In this document: piece after piece, positions 1 through 13,636 of the stretch | How the letters are laid out: the number at the start of each line of letters is the position of its first letter | Numbering within the stretch: position 1 is the stretch's first letter | Source of the DNA: Klebsormidium nitens | Taxonomy: Eukaryota > Plantae > Klebsormidiophyceae | Direction of reading: 5' to 3' | Assembly (NCBI GenBank): GCA_000708835.1 | Contig: DF237081.1 | Location: forward strand, 116,136 to 180,135 | Length of the DNA: 64,000 nt | Made by a program: the position numbers and the translations under genes | The notes under the pieces: model-generated | Database searches by the model: none | Seen by the model: only the letters and a program-made list of their open reading frames with translations | Told to the model about the DNA's origin: nothing

Positions 1-1111
1 ATATCTTCTTGAAGAGGGTCTTATGCGTGGTGAGACAAAGCAGAGATCCGGCAACGGCTACTCTTTCTTCATGTTTTTCTATTGAATCTGCTCAACGTGC
101 TTTGTATGCGATGCAGGCTCTCGAGGATTTTCGTTAACCAGCCACGGTTATCCGCCTAGCACTATTGAACCGTTCTTCGATGGCGAGAAGCCTCAGGCTA
201 TGTCAGCAGACATGATGGTCTTCTGGATCAAGAAGCGTCTCTTCGCACAAAAAAGCGCGCTCCCAAAGCTCAACTAGTCTGCGCATAGCGGGTCCATGTT
301 TTTGTAGCTTTGAACAACGTCACCTGGCACCACTTAGCTGCTGGAATGTCCCTCGTGTTGCCTGAGTTCCAAGCACAAACAGGTGAATTGCAGAGGTATC
401 CTCAATTCTGTTTTCGTGAGAGGTTGAATGTAGGCCTGCCCTCATTCATCAATTCGTAAAGGTCTGACAGATCCATCCAGTCTTCACATGCAAGACATGA
501 GTCTGTTTCTACAGAAAACAAGTTTTTCCAAGCGCAGCATTTGCTGCTTCGAGCTCGACATATGGTTGGTCGATCAAGATAACGTGTTTGATCTCTGCAT
601 GCAGTGCTCGCTCTCTCTATCTGTCAAAGTCATGACGTACAAATGCAAATGCTTTCAAGTCATGTGCCTCATTGTGCGTGAGCCATGCATGTATGTATGA
701 TGATGTATCTAGCCGACACCCATGACTCAGTAGGTGTCCAGTTGCCAGCGCGGAGTCGCTATAGGATTCACAATATATATGGCGCAATTCCGAGCGGCCT
801 AGCTGCCCATGCAGAATTCTCTGCGGTTGAGTGCAGCCATGCATAAAATCTGCAATCTGCAAAATTTGACACATTCTGAGCATAATACTGGTAAGACAAT
901 TGTCTGTTGATGGTAACTTCCGGTTTATTGACGGCCTGAGTCACATAGAGCCATTGGGCAAAGTCTGCCGGTGAGACCGGGACGGTACAATGTTGATCAT
1001 GCACCCATTGAATGAAGTCTCACAAGCCCGCTTATCCTCCTCTAGCCTCTCCTAGTCTGAAATAACTTAGGTATCGGAAATTTGTCCAGGTCCAATCGCA
1101 GACCCTGTTCT

Positions 1112-4100
1112 TCAGTGTGGCGAGCGCATCAAATTTAAGATAGGTTGGTCATCAGATGTTGAAGGCCCGTTCTGTTCCAGAGGTGGGCGTTCGTGGAGCA
1201 AAGTTGGAGCGCCCCCGTTCGTGTCTCTTTGATGGTCGAACGGAGGCGACACAGACATGACACCGCCAGCTGCGCCAGACCCGCCGATGATCGGCGCTAC
1301 TTGATCTGGTGTCACGGGCGCCATGCTTTCCCGTTGTCGAAATCTGTACGAAAAAGAGTGCAAATGACCGTCAGCTGTAAAAGACGCGGGTCGCCTGGCT
1401 CGTGCCTCACCATCTTACAGTCTGTAGTGGTCGAGACTTCAAGTGAGGGCTCAAAGTCTGCGCTTCAATACGTTCATCTTGCAGACTCTTTCAAAGCACT
1501 CAGGAATGGTTCAATCCGTTCATCTTGCAGACTCTTTCAAAGCACTCAGGAATGGTCAGGCAGGAAAGGATAGATACGCACCTCTTTTGTTTGCGCTTCA
1601 CGGCCTCGTCTTCGAACGTCACGCGACCAGAAACCTTGCGGAGCTTCATTGATTGTGAATCAAGGCCGAAGAAAATAAACGTCCAACCAAGCGCCCACAA
1701 GAAGTTTCCCATGAGCCGGAATCCACGGGCCGGATTGTCTCAAGGACGTCTTTACCCGTCAGTGGAATCTGACTTGCCTCACCTTTGCAAGACGGGCCGT
1801 GCCACTGGAGCCTCCCTTTCCAAGCTCGCCGCCGCAGCCCGCTTCCATGCCCGCAGATTCGCCCGCAACTCTTCCTCTCGTATCCTTTTCGCGGATTTCG
1901 CGTCTAACATTGCTCCAAGCCGTTTTTCAACCCCTCCTCCGTCTACCAAATCCAATTCAATTTTACCGCTGCCGGGGGTCCCGGCGAGCCCGCCATCCGC
2001 CCCCCCGTTCGCCACCCCGCCGTGACCGGGGGGCACAACAAGCCCGTCATTTACCCCCCCGTTTGCCAGCTCGGCTCCTGCGGGCGAACCCGCTCTAATT
2101 TCTAACCCCAATCCGGACAACCGCTCCCCGTCGGCGGCAGTAAATGCGGCGACCGCGAAACCGCCGACGCCCGCTAGCCCGAGCGCCGCGAGGGGCCGGT
2201 AGCTGACGTCAGCTGCCAGCTGGATGAGCAGATCCTTGCCCCAGTCGGGGAGGGTAATAAAGACTTCGCACGTGGGACCTCCGGAAGCGATGGTTGTCGT
2301 GCGACGAGCGGGGAGGAGGCTGGGGGCTTTAGGGAGGGTCTGGAGGGCGGACTGGTCGAAGAGATGTCGCTTGAGGTGATACTCTAAGACCTGCACGGGG
2401 AGGTGAAGACAAGGTTCTCTGTGTCGAATCCAGCTTCCAAAGCTTTGTTGCGAGAACTCCCGGAGTCACGGTTACTTGATACGCAACTCGTCTGCTTCAA
2501 TGCCATCCGCTTTTGGAGGTGTTGTGCTGTGAGAATAGCTTATAAAAATGAGGCTCTTTGGAGCGTCCGAGGGAGAGACAAGTCAAAGAGGTCATCCTCT
2601 TGGTATTTGCGAAGTGGGTTGGGGCGAATGTTTTAAAAAAATGTAGGCAGCAAAATGCTGCAATCGCTCGGTTTACGATGAGGCGATATCATTTCAAATT
2701 TCAATCCATTCGAAAACAGCTGAATCATACAAATAGTATAGAAAGCCACTTCAGACGAATGAAAATAGTTTACCGTATAAGACCTGCAAACATACGCTTT
2801 ATACGTACTATAGCCATCCACCGCAAATAATTGTATAATCGATCGTGCGAGCATCAAATACGTACGTCAGATTGCGTGTGCTCCTGATAAGCTATGATAA
2901 ATCTAAAGCTTATCCCCGTTACGACTTTCTGGCGGGCGCGATTCAGAGAACGGCCGGCCGCGCGGCTCTGTCGGTAGTCGGGCGATGCAGACCCGACAGG
3001 CACGTGCAGAGTTCAGGGTTTAACCCCTAGAAAAAAGTTTTGCGAAGCATCGAACCTCAAAACCCGTCGAAAATGGGGGTCTGCAAAATCAGACCGTGAA
3101 TCACTGAATTCTACGTTCGACGGGCCGAACCGGGCTTAATAGAGTGATCCAGTCTGCATCGCCACTTCCCCCTTTTCTGAAACCCCGCGATTGCGACAGC
3201 TCGGTACTGACTTTGTCAGTAAACCGAGCTAAAAACTTTGGCTACTTCTAAATAGGAAACGGAGGATGCTTCGTATACTGGATGTCTGAAGCTGCAAAGC
3301 TTGGAGGGGTACTTTACCCGCCCCGACTTTGTGACTAGAACTAGACATATCCACGCCGGTATCGGCACACGTCGGAAAACACGAAGATCGCGGCAGGGAG
3401 GGGAGGTATGATCGTTGCGAAGCAAAGCTTCTGAATCAAGGGTCATGTTCCTAAACTCAGGAGACCGAAGATGGGTTGCCAAGTCTGCGCATGGCAACCT
3501 CCGGAACGGCTGTAGCAGCGTAAATCTAGGCACAAGAGAGCCGTTGGAAGCCTCATCATCCGCTGCGGTTGGAAGCCCATCTCTTCTCTCTACGCCTAAA
3601 TAGTCCCAAAGTCAGAAACTGACCGACTTTCTGCTTCTTTATATCCATACCCGCCCTTCGCGAGGCCCCTCCCGCTCACCTCTCGATCCTCAAACGCTTC
3701 CGCCCGTCCGACCGCCGTCACGGCCAGCCTCGCGCCGCTTCCCGTGCAAAGCTCACACCGCGCGAACGTCGCCCCGTTTCTTGCCCCGATCGCCGCGACC
3801 TCCTGATTTGGCGCCCCCCCAACCGCGTGCTGGGTTAGCCTCAAACCCCGCACCTCAGCCGCGAGCAAAACCCTTAAACCCTCGCCGAGGGCCTGCGTTT
3901 TCGGCGGCTCCAAAACCGCCGGCGCGCCAAAGAGCAACAGCCGCAGCTCTTGGTGCAGCTTGAAGAGGACGGACGCGCTGAGGGTTCCGTTGGGCGGAAT
4001 CCGTTGCTGGAGCTCGAGCGAGCAGGAAACGGAACGAGGGGGCGGAATGCCGGAGATGGAGGGGCGCGGAAGGGGGGTGGAGCAGTGGATCCGGTGGGCG

Positions 4101-6786
4101 GATTCCGCCAGGCGGAAGGCGTCGTGAGGGGAGACGGAAGGGTTCCGGAGGCAGGAGAAAAGGGCGGTGAAGAACTGGGCCGCAGCCGGGGGGGCGGAAT
4201 GGGTTGGCCAGTAGATAACGTGCTGGACCCCCTGCAAGAAAGAAACAGCGGAGCGGACATGACTCAGTTTGAAGGCTGATGTTCTCGGGAGACAGGGCAA
4301 CCGCCGGTGTCTTCAGCGATCATAGCAAGGGAGAAAAGCGGCGCAAAAAAAGACATCCGGTGACAATACCGGATGACGGCACGAACCAGAGAGTCGTTGA
4401 AGTGTCCCCGCAAACGCTTTGATCGCGTATCTCGCCCGAACAAGATCAAATTCCGAATCGCTTAGCTCCTCACCGGCCTTTCTCAAAGAACCTTCTGGCG
4501 ATCAGCCCGGTTGTTAAAGATCCGTCGTGAACCAAGTGTTCAATGCCGGCATAGCCTGTAATAAAAGGTTTCCAACTGGTAGCCTTGAGGCAGAGTCTCG
4601 AGAAGCATGGCTCCCATATCGGTCCATTGAAATATGATGGAATGAGAACTCTCAGATCGGACGTACATTGAGGTTTGGTGCCGAAACAAGCTTGTTACGA
4701 GCCGTTTTCTAGCCGAAAGAACAAGCGACGGGTCTACGACGCAGGCCTGGCCCCGGTTAGAGGGACTCACTTTGCTCCGCATCAGTTCTGCGTGCTTGGG
4801 TGTGAGGACGACGTTCGCCAAAACCTGCAGACACAAAATCTATTTTCATTAACTGGCTTCTGCTTAGTCCTCCAGCCTTCTTTTTCGATCCGAAGGTGCT
4901 CGAATAGACTTTTATTCCCGCCGATGAGCCCTGTACTTCGTGATCCAACGTGAAGCTTTCTCATTCGGTCAGAAGTCGCCGATGAGCTTTCACCCCTTGC
5001 CACCACCGAAGGCGAACTCGTTCATAGGCGTCCAAAATTGTATTATTGGAAACTCTACCCGGAGCTCAAAAAGCTTTTCCGCTCGGAATTGAAGTATTCC
5101 GACCCACCAGGTATGTATCTCTTAGAGCTCAAGCACCTCAAGTTGGCGAATGTTCAACATCCTTAGGGAAGAAGTTCCACAGTCCATCAAACAGAAAGCT
5201 CATCAGCACTTCGAGACTCTCAAGAAAGATCACAGCATCCAACGGTGGCCATCTATCTGGTAACTGACGAGTCAACCAACGGTTGACTTACCAAATCCGG
5301 GAAGTGGACCGAAAATATCTCAGCCAGATTCTCAGAGGAAGGAGGCTGTGCGTCTCCCAACATCAGCAGACCCGTGACACTCGCTTCGTTGGAAAGTGTG
5401 ACGATGGGTTCGGTACCCCAGGGGGAGTCCCGATGGCTGAAGAAAACTAGGTTGGGCTGCATGGCTTGAACGATGTTTTGGAGCATCTGCAATGTTGGTC
5501 GCTCGATGAACTGGACCTGTGAGAAGAGTCAAGCGTTTGGTCTCCTTTATAGAGACGTTCGAATCCGGACCAGATCTTATTCCGGATTGTTATCTTAGCA
5601 GGACAAGGTCAAATGGGAGGGGAAAACAGGGTTAAGGAAGTGGTTTGCGAAGTTACGCAGACTCTGCCAGACCCTTCTTACGAGACTTTTTCATGCAAGA
5701 CCACATTGCTCAGGTCTTTCTGCTCATTATAAATTAAGCGAAGCTCTGTCATCCGTCAACCAACACGGTGCAAAGCCAAACCACATAAGCAGGGGGTGAT
5801 CGGGGAAAGTGGCAACAAATATGTTGTTCACAATGGATAAGCAGCATTCAACAGGGTGTTGCTTTTCAAAAAACGTGCTGCCTCTCTTTTTAAAATATTT
5901 CCCAACACGAATCTGACCCTCATCATTGGACGGAGGACGCCTCGCCACTAACTAATTAGGCGGGGTTCAGCTTCCACTGACTATTCCCACTAGCCTCTGG
6001 CTTACTTAACTCACCTCTGCTTCCCCTCCCTGCAGCTCCTGGAGCCCTGGAAAGGAGCGGATGAAGTCGGCTGGGCTGAAGGACGATCCGGCTGGATTGC
6101 TGGAGGCCGGAGAGGGACCAACTGCAGGCAAAGATGACATTAGTCTGGGGTTAAGTTTTGACCTATGTGCTCATCAGTGAAATCAAGACTCTGTGATGCT
6201 TTTGGAGGCCATGTGAAGCCCCATGTGATCTGTCCCTTCCCTTCAGTTTGTACAAGCTGGTCGAAAGGCTTCACAGTATATTGACCGTAAAGCAATCCAG
6301 GAGGTATCAAAAGAAAGGTGAAAAGATGTTCTTAGCTTTAGAGCAGGACAACTTTCTTCAGCAGGTGACAGGCTCAATTGTCATAGCAAACTCCTTTGAA
6401 AGGCAGACACATTTTCACACGTTTGAATGAATCCTGCTGTTCCTTGGTTCAAGTACTTTGCACGCAAAATGTTCTAAATTCAGCAACTTGTTGTAAGATC
6501 ATTGTGCATTGATCAAAAAGAATCTTGCTTAGCCAGATTGACTACTTTCTGGAAAATCCATATGATGGAAGATTGTGCCACCAATCAATTGACAGCAACA
6601 AAGTACAATTACTTTTACACCACCCCACTCAAGAGTCACATTACATTACAGCAAGCAGTGAGCAAATAACCAGCATACAACCAGCGGCTTTCAACTGACC
6701 TTCAACTCACCTTCTAGTTGATCTGCTGGCGGCGGCCCACTCAAGACCGCCAGCACTTTCCATTTTGACCGCCTTCCATTGACCAT
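1112..6786 (-). CDS. ARID4: ARID4-like protein (conserved N-terminal/central region only), about 617 aa, 7 exons
   Basis: Exons 6786-6711, 6121-6015, 5516-5292, 4824-4771, 4231-3680, 2390-1783 and 1343-1112 are all GT-AG with consistent phases. Peptides KWKVLAVLSG, KGVQHVIYW, DAFRLAESAHRIHC, LGEGLRVLLAAEVRG, CEVFITLPDW and QLAADVSYRPLAALG are colinear with plant ARID4 as I recall it (KGVQYVIYW, QLAPDVSYRSLVVLG). The terminal exon is the least certain. Confidence 0.8.
1464..1556. repeat. 46-bp tandem duplication in the last ARID4-like intron
   Basis: TTCAAT(A/C)CGTTCATCTTGCAGACTCTTTCAAAGCACTCAGGAATGG x2, one mismatch. Confidence 0.95.
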
Positions 6787-7911
6787 GCTGAAAAGGACAG
6801 AAGCAGCTGCCAATGTGGCTGCTGGAAAGGTGACTCCACTACCACTAGAGGAGTCGCATTTTCGGTTGAAATTGAGGCTTCGATGCGTTGTTCTGAGCGA
6901 AAATGGCAGAAGAAAGACGGCCCAGCACAGGCTAAGCTCTGACTCTGAGTCTAGCTGAACACAAAACAGAGCTGGGCATGCGAGCTATTGTGGAGGTGTA
7001 ACGAGACCGGGAGGACATTTGTTTGCTATCGACCAAAACTTTCTGCACTCCATGCTCCACGTTCGAACTTCGTGATCGGACTGAAGAAGTAACCGCAACT
7101 TGAGCCGTCGATGTTGACGAACTCATGTTGAAAGCTGTACCATGCGAGAAGAGTACTCTACTTGGTAGGCCCGTCAGCAAGGCCTGCACAAACAACTTGA
7201 CGTGACGGAAGCTCAACAGAAGCCTGAGAAGGAGGAGGACAAGCCTGCAAGCATGGATGATGGAGTTGGGCGCCATTGCAATGCTCAAATGCGTTTTGTA
7301 GGTCCGACTCTGAGGGGCAATTGTTTTGCTGCTCCGCCTTCTTTTCTTTGTGAGGGGTAGCTATTCGGGAAGGTCATCCCGGTTAGGGGTGATGCCAAGA
7401 CTTCAGAGTTGTTTCCTGGTATTGAGTTGTGAAAGTCAAAGGCTGTGCGCCCGTGGACTACCGCTGGAATGATCATACTGGGTCCAGCAGGAGAATTGAG
7501 TTGTTTTCAGCTCTTGTTTGGTTGGGGGAGCCTTGCAAAGCGCACGTGAGCAACCCGTTGGATGCTGTCTATTGTAGAGTTCCACAGCTTCACTCCTTAG
7601 AAACAGGGTCAATTTGCAGGTCCTTGAGTTTGCTGTTTGCCGGCTGCAGGTTGCCTTGTTACTACTACTAGCAGCCCCATGGTGCAGTGCACTCACGGGA
7701 GACTTTGAATTGTCATTAGCAGGCCTGAAAAATAAAGCAGTATTAGGAACAGCAAGGAGGAAGGCATCATAAGTCATTTCAGTAGGATTGCTTATGTGAC
7801 AAGGAGCGAGCTCGTGTCTTGATGCCAGCAAGCTCACCCTAGGCAAACCATAGGGCACTGAAAAGTAAGAACTCTAAAAGGGGGTTGAAAGGCCACGGCC
7901 TGGAGCAGAAA

Positions 7912-10900
7912 ATGTCTATCGAGGGGGACTTGCTGTTCCCACAGCCAGACTACTTCTCAGAGTTGAACCATGAAAACGTGGGGTTCAACGAAGCTGACTT
8001 TGACAAGGATATTTTTGGGCCTGCAACATCTGGACTCAGCGAGCATTCGCAGGTGAGGAGCCTCAACAACTGCCCCTAGTATCTGCTCAGACATCTGTCA
8101 TGGTGTGGCTTCTTGCAGCTCTATTCTCTCAGGGTGAGGCACTCTGGTAATTCTGAGCAATTTGCGTGGGAGGATTCAGTTTACCAATGCCCTTTCATGC
8201 ATTTTCATGCAGACACTTATGTAGGGTCCTGTGGCAGCTAGTGAGATATTGAAGTTTGTAGGGTCCTGTGGCAGCTAGTGAGATACTGAGTTTCTGGGGC
8301 AACATGTGTGTGCATAGACAGAACACTTTTAAAAAAATTCAAAAACATTTATGTTCATTCTGTACGAAACTTGTTCTGAGCTTGGCTTATTCAGAGGCTC
8401 GTTATTTGGAAGCATGCAATGCCTCATGGAGGTTTCTCAGGTAAATTATGTTGCTTGTGACTAGCTTCTCCAGACTCGGTGTGCCTGAAGAAGCAGGATA
8501 ACTATCTGGTCAATGCTGTGACCTTCAGAAGCAGAAGCGTGTTGCTTCCTTGCACTTGCTCTGCAATGTCCTGAAAATCGTTCCTTTGAATTGCAATGAC
8601 CAGTCGCCTTCTCCCTGTTGCCTGGCCTGTCGGAAGAGTAGAATTTCACAATCGCAATTTTACCATGGTCAGGCCAGTGCTTTGGAATGTTGCAAAAGCC
8701 TGGCAGTCAGAATGCTGTCACAAGTGTCAATATACCAGCAAACTTCGGTTGCAGCAGAAAGGCCTGCTTCGGAAGCTTTGACAACTCTATCTCATTTAGG
8801 GAACCTTCAGCCAGGTCAATTATCCTACTTGAAGACTTCCGCACATGTACCGCGTAAGAAGGAAATTTTGCGTGGTGACTTGAATATGCATGGTACTTGC
8901 TTCAAAGAGAAGCTTGCCAGGTCCTCGCTGCCAGGTCGATGCCCCATGTTGAGCTGCATGTCCTGCAAGCCATAGCAGGTTGTGGCACACGGTAGTCTGG
9001 TACACTCGCTTAATGTGGAGGTTTTGAGGGAAAATTTTCTGGCAGAGCTTCTGGCTGTTTACAAAATGCCCGGAAATAGATTGCCATCGGAAAGCCCCAA
9101 CCACCGAGGTCTTTGGAGACTTTTCGTTTAGAAGTGCCGTACTTTCTCTGAGCTTCGCCATGGCCTAGGGGAGGAACCAAAACGTGCATAGCCATCCCCC
9201 TTTGTTGAATCCATTTCACATGGCTGCCTGCCTATACACTTTACCTTGGAACCTTTCTCCTAAAAAGGCCTCACAAGGGGTAAATTTGACGCAGGGTCCA
9301 TCCTCAAATCCAAAGAGGATGACTGTGCCAGAAGCTAGAATATCCCTGACTGGGTTTCTTCTTTGCAGGCTCCTGTTGGAAACTATGGCGGCCTTGTAAG
9401 TGACCCCCTAAACCTGGAGGAGGACCACTTCCTCCAGAGTCTCGGCCACCATGAAGAACTAGAGGTGGAGAGCAAGTCTTCGCACTCCGGGAGGTCAAAT
9501 CCGGAGAGTAATCCTCAAGGGGGCGCAGGACCCAAGCAAGAGATGCCCCCCCTGTATGGGAACGGCATGATGCCGATGAGCAGTGGGCCAATGTTCCAGT
9601 ACCCCGGGATGGCCCCAATGGGGGGGTACGTTCAGCAGGACCCGCACCCCCCCAGCACGACGGCGGCCACAATGGAGCAGTTTGACAGGATGGCGCTCGA
9701 GAACCAGCACATGCAATACCAGCAGCAACAGGAGTTGTTGCAGGCGCAAGCGAGGCAGCTCCAAGCGCAGCAGCAACAACTCCAAACCCTGCAGCAAGCG
9801 CAGTTTCTGTATGCGCAGGGTCAACCCCCCCAGCACATCGTGTTCCTCGCCCCCCCCCGTCCAGGGCCTCCGTACATGCTCCCCCCTCGCACAGGTGCCC
9901 CCCCCGTAATGTATGCGATGCCTCATCCGGTGCAGTTGCAATCGCTCCCCGGGGGGGTGGCGTATCACTCGGCGGTTGCCCCCATTCCCGTAGACCAAGC
10001 CCTCAACGGGAAGTATTACGCACCCATGGGCCCCCCGGGCGCGACCCCGCTTCAGATGAGCCCCACCCCAGTGCACCTGAACCCGACGTCGATGCAGCTG
10101 AACCCACCCCCTCTCCAGTCGCCCCTCGCCCCCCTGCATGTCACGGCCCCCGTCTCTCCTAGGGTTAGTGGTCCCATGACTCCTCGCTCCCCCCACCCCC
10201 GCGTCAAAACAGAAGAAGGCCTCGCCTCCCCTAGAATGAAGCCGGGGGGCCGGACGCACTCAGGGGGGGACACCAACTCGGGGAGGGCTTCACCTCCGGG
10301 AGACAAGAAGCCCCCCCGCTCGCCGACTGTTCCTGACCAGCACGCGCGTCCCCCCCTGCCGACATCGCACGCGGTCTACATGCCCGTGCAATACATTCAG
10401 GGGGGTAACCCGGGCTTTCCCAGGGTGGCGTCGGAAGACTTGCTGGCGCAGGTAGATGCGAACGGGGATGTGCTGCGGCCGTTACCCCCCATGCAGCAAC
10501 GAGGGGGTCACGGGATGTCGGCCCTTCAGCGGAGCCAGTCGAGCCACTCCCTCGGGCAGCTACAAATGGCGGGGGGGGCGCCGATGGTGGACGCCTCCCG
10601 CATGCAGCAGTAAGCAGACCTTGATGGAATTCGGTTGCTTGCTTTTGTCCGACTACATTGTTGCCCTTTTCTTTCTTGGACGTCAGGGTATTCCTTGGGC
10701 AGGTGAAATAGTCGCCAATGTCGGCCTGCTGGTTATTGTGGCTAAACATGATGTCAACTTCCAGCTCGTAATGGTTGAGTTGTGGAGCGCGCAGTCGGGT
10801 ATGCCTGAACATGACGGGACTGATCGCTGTCCTGTACGTCTCTCCATTCGGCAGGTTGTGTGGTTGAGTAGACTGTTGATTTGTCGCTATTCCAAAGTTT

Positions 10901-12776
10901 CCTGTGAAAATCCAGGCTTCCAGAAAAACTCAGACGGAGGGAATGGGTCCTTCTGTTGGTTGGGTACTTGCGCTATGTGCTACTCTGCCAGACGCTTTGT
11001 CAATTATTGCCCTCTTCACCTTCATTGCTCCGCTCTTCCCATCTAATGTAATTCTGTGTAACATGCAACAATTTCCGCGACTTGCAGGCTCGACACGTCT
11101 GCCCCATACCAGATTCCCAACCAGGGGCTCGGGGGCATGCCAGTGCGGCAACCAAGCGCCATAGGTGCTGCGGGGATGAGACGGGTGCAAAGTACTGGGG
11201 ACATCCAGGTCGGTCCTTGTGCTTGCAACTTAATTCGAAGCAACTCCTCGTCTCCTGACATCGTCTAGCTAGATACTGTTGTGTGTGATAGCCATTCTGG
11301 ACAAAATAGCTCTTTCGAATGATGAAGTGGCCTGATTAGAGTACGAAACAGGAAAAATGAACAGCCACAATGTCAACGTAACATCTCGAAACTCTCCACA
11401 TCAGCAATCCTACCACTGCCCCCGCTGAAAGTCAGAATTCTATCTTTCAAGGGTCTGTCTGAAATGTTGGAACATTCTGCTTCTTCAGTCGTGGAACCGG
11501 CCCGCTCAGAACGGGGATGCGACAACGGGGTTGCATTACGACGACTTCAAGGTGGGGCGGTACACGATTGAGGAGCGAAAGATGCGCATCCAACGGTACA
11601 GGCAAAAGCGGAACGAGCGCAACTACAATAAAAAGATCAAGGTACGTTGGTTGGGGTATGTCGATTCATTGAGGTCTAGAGGTGCATCATGATCGTAGTT
11701 CTCAAATGAGGGTTTGGACTGCTCAGTGTTGTACTGATAGGGTTTGCTCTGGCCCAAGTCGCGTAACGGGTACGCACTGCTGAACACATTTCTGGCCGAC
11801 GTCACTCACTCTCATCGCTGTTGGCATAACGAGTGCCGCGAAAACCACGTGCCTGGAATGTTCACCCAGATTTTCCTTTCGACCCCACGTTTTAATCTCA
11901 CCAAACACTTTATTTCAAATCTTGAGATTGCTTCCGGCAGGAAGTGAGCCAAAATTGAGGGCGCTGCCGAGAGTAACTCCGTTTAATGCGCTTTGAGAAG
12001 CGCCTCTTCGCTTCTCTCGAAGGGGATTGGTATTCTTACTCTACCAGTAAAGTTGCTGCTCTGTCTGCGAGGAGCTCGTGGCTTCTTAGGCGCTGACACG
12101 AAGTCCGTTGCTGACTGTGCAGTACGTCTGCCGAAAGACGTTAGCGGACAGCCGGCCCCGGATTCGGGGCCGTTTCGCCAAGAACGACGAAGTGCCGGGC
12201 CTGGCAGAGGCGAAGAAGGCGCTGGAAGAGGAGGACGACAGCAGCGACTTCGATGAGGTAAGCGTTGCCGTGTGCAGAAAGGTCTTCTTGGAAAGGTCTC
12301 TCTGCGCTTCCAGAAGGTTCGCTTGTTGCGTCCACCAGCTGGTCCGTTGAATCGGGGGCATTTGGCGAGTCACCTTGTGCACAGTAGTTGGCAGCTTTCC
12401 TGTCGCCTTTTGCGGTTTTCCTCTCCCTTCGTGCCTGCTGTTCACGAAGTGTGTAGCCATTAGTGGACTGTGGACCATTTTGTGTGGCAGCACGGGGAGG
12501 CTCACATGGTTGGGAAGGCTTTACGTATTTGCGGAAGCTCGCAGTCCTGAAACAACACATGCCGAGATGACGAGGCGACAAAGAACAAACACTGACGTCT
12601 GATGAGGTATGGGTATACCGGTTGCATGGATAACACAAACTCTTGCTTGCTCTGTCCAGGACATGATCATTGAAGAAGGAGGTGCGAATTTGCTGGGGAG
12701 TGCCGACTTCGATATCCTGGAAGCGGAACGGTCATTAGCTTCCTTAGCGTCTGCACCTGCTACTCTTAGCGCATAG
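7912..12776 (+). CDS. CCT-domain (CMF/ASML2-type) protein with a long Q/P-rich low-complexity region, about 635 aa, 6 exons
   Basis: Exons 7912-8052, 9369-10609, 11088-11208, 11489-11641, 12123-12257 and 12660-12776. The spliced CCT motif reads EERKMRIQRYRQKRNERNYNKKIK|YVCRKTLADSRPRIRGRFAKN, preceded by the MRRVQSTGDIQ and KVGRYT motifs typical of CMF proteins. Confidence 0.9.
8221..8293. repeat. 37-bp tandem duplication in CCT intron 1
   Basis: GTAGGGTCCTGTGGCAGCTAGTGAGATA(T/C)TGA(A)GTTT x2. Confidence 0.9.
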
Positions 12777-13606
12777 TCGAGTACCGAGTGGTATAGCAAA
12801 GTGGGGCCGCGCTGATAGTCAAGTGTGCTTATCGTGGGGACGTCCTAGCTGAGGACTGAGCCATGTCTTAAATTCTGCTTGAAGAGGGCGAGAAGTAAAG
12901 AGATAGTTGAGTCGTGTAAGTGGAGTGAGTAGGATCTTAGAAATCTGTGTTGCGATTCACATCCAGTTGAGTAAAAGCAAGGCTCTGTAACTTTGCGCTG
13001 GGAGGATCGAGTCGCGGTTGTGAAGTTGTACAGGTAGCAAAGACGGGCGTGTCTTAGGTCCGTTTGCGAAGCGGGCAACTATGCGGATTGTAGAATATCA
13101 CGACGTCCTCCAGATGTCGTTTACTTTTAGTACGGCCGAAGTTGGTTTGGTATTGCCTGGCTCATCCAAGGACTCAGCTTGCATGGTACTGTGGTGTCAG
13201 TTGACTCAATCAAACTCAGATCCGCGCCTGGAGGCGTTGGCATGTGTCGTACTTTGCTCGAACAGCAATTGGGGCGATGGCCGGGTTGAACTGGCAAGCT
13301 GCATTCATGCGTGCCCCATAGCAATGCTGCGCAGTATGTTGGTTACTTTGTATGCATGAGGGCCATGGAATCCTTAAGGGTCATGCAGATGAGACCCGCC
13401 ATATACTAATGTTTTAAGATTCACCAGTGCCGTGTGCCGGTGCCGACGGTCATGACGTGCACAATCTAGCTCATGATGCATGGGTCGCATAGGAACATGT
13501 GCGTACGTTGCCAGCATGAACGAACAATTGCATGGCACGGCAGCCAAGGGACTCATGTAGTACTCGAAGGTATACTTGAAATGCACATGAGTGCATTGTC
13601 AAAGTG

Positions 13607-13636
13607 CAGCTATATAGCTGAGCTATAGCTCAGCTA
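13607..13636. repeat. Overlapping perfect palindromes (14 bp and 22 bp)
   Basis: CAGCTATATAGCTG (13607-13620) and TAGCTGAGCTATAGCTCAGCTA (13615-13636) are each their own reverse complement. Confidence 0.9.

Noticed and set aside
1-700. Protein-like fragments on the minus strand (for example EIKHVILIDQPYVELEAANAALGK)
   Set aside because: Short, interrupted by stops, and not assignable to a family or a consistent exon chain.
9495-10259. 254-aa minus-strand ORF and similar long ORFs (3874-4260, 29033-29629, 36691-37008, 55100-55708)
   Set aside because: These are antisense or off-frame shadows of GC-rich exons, with no independent motifs.
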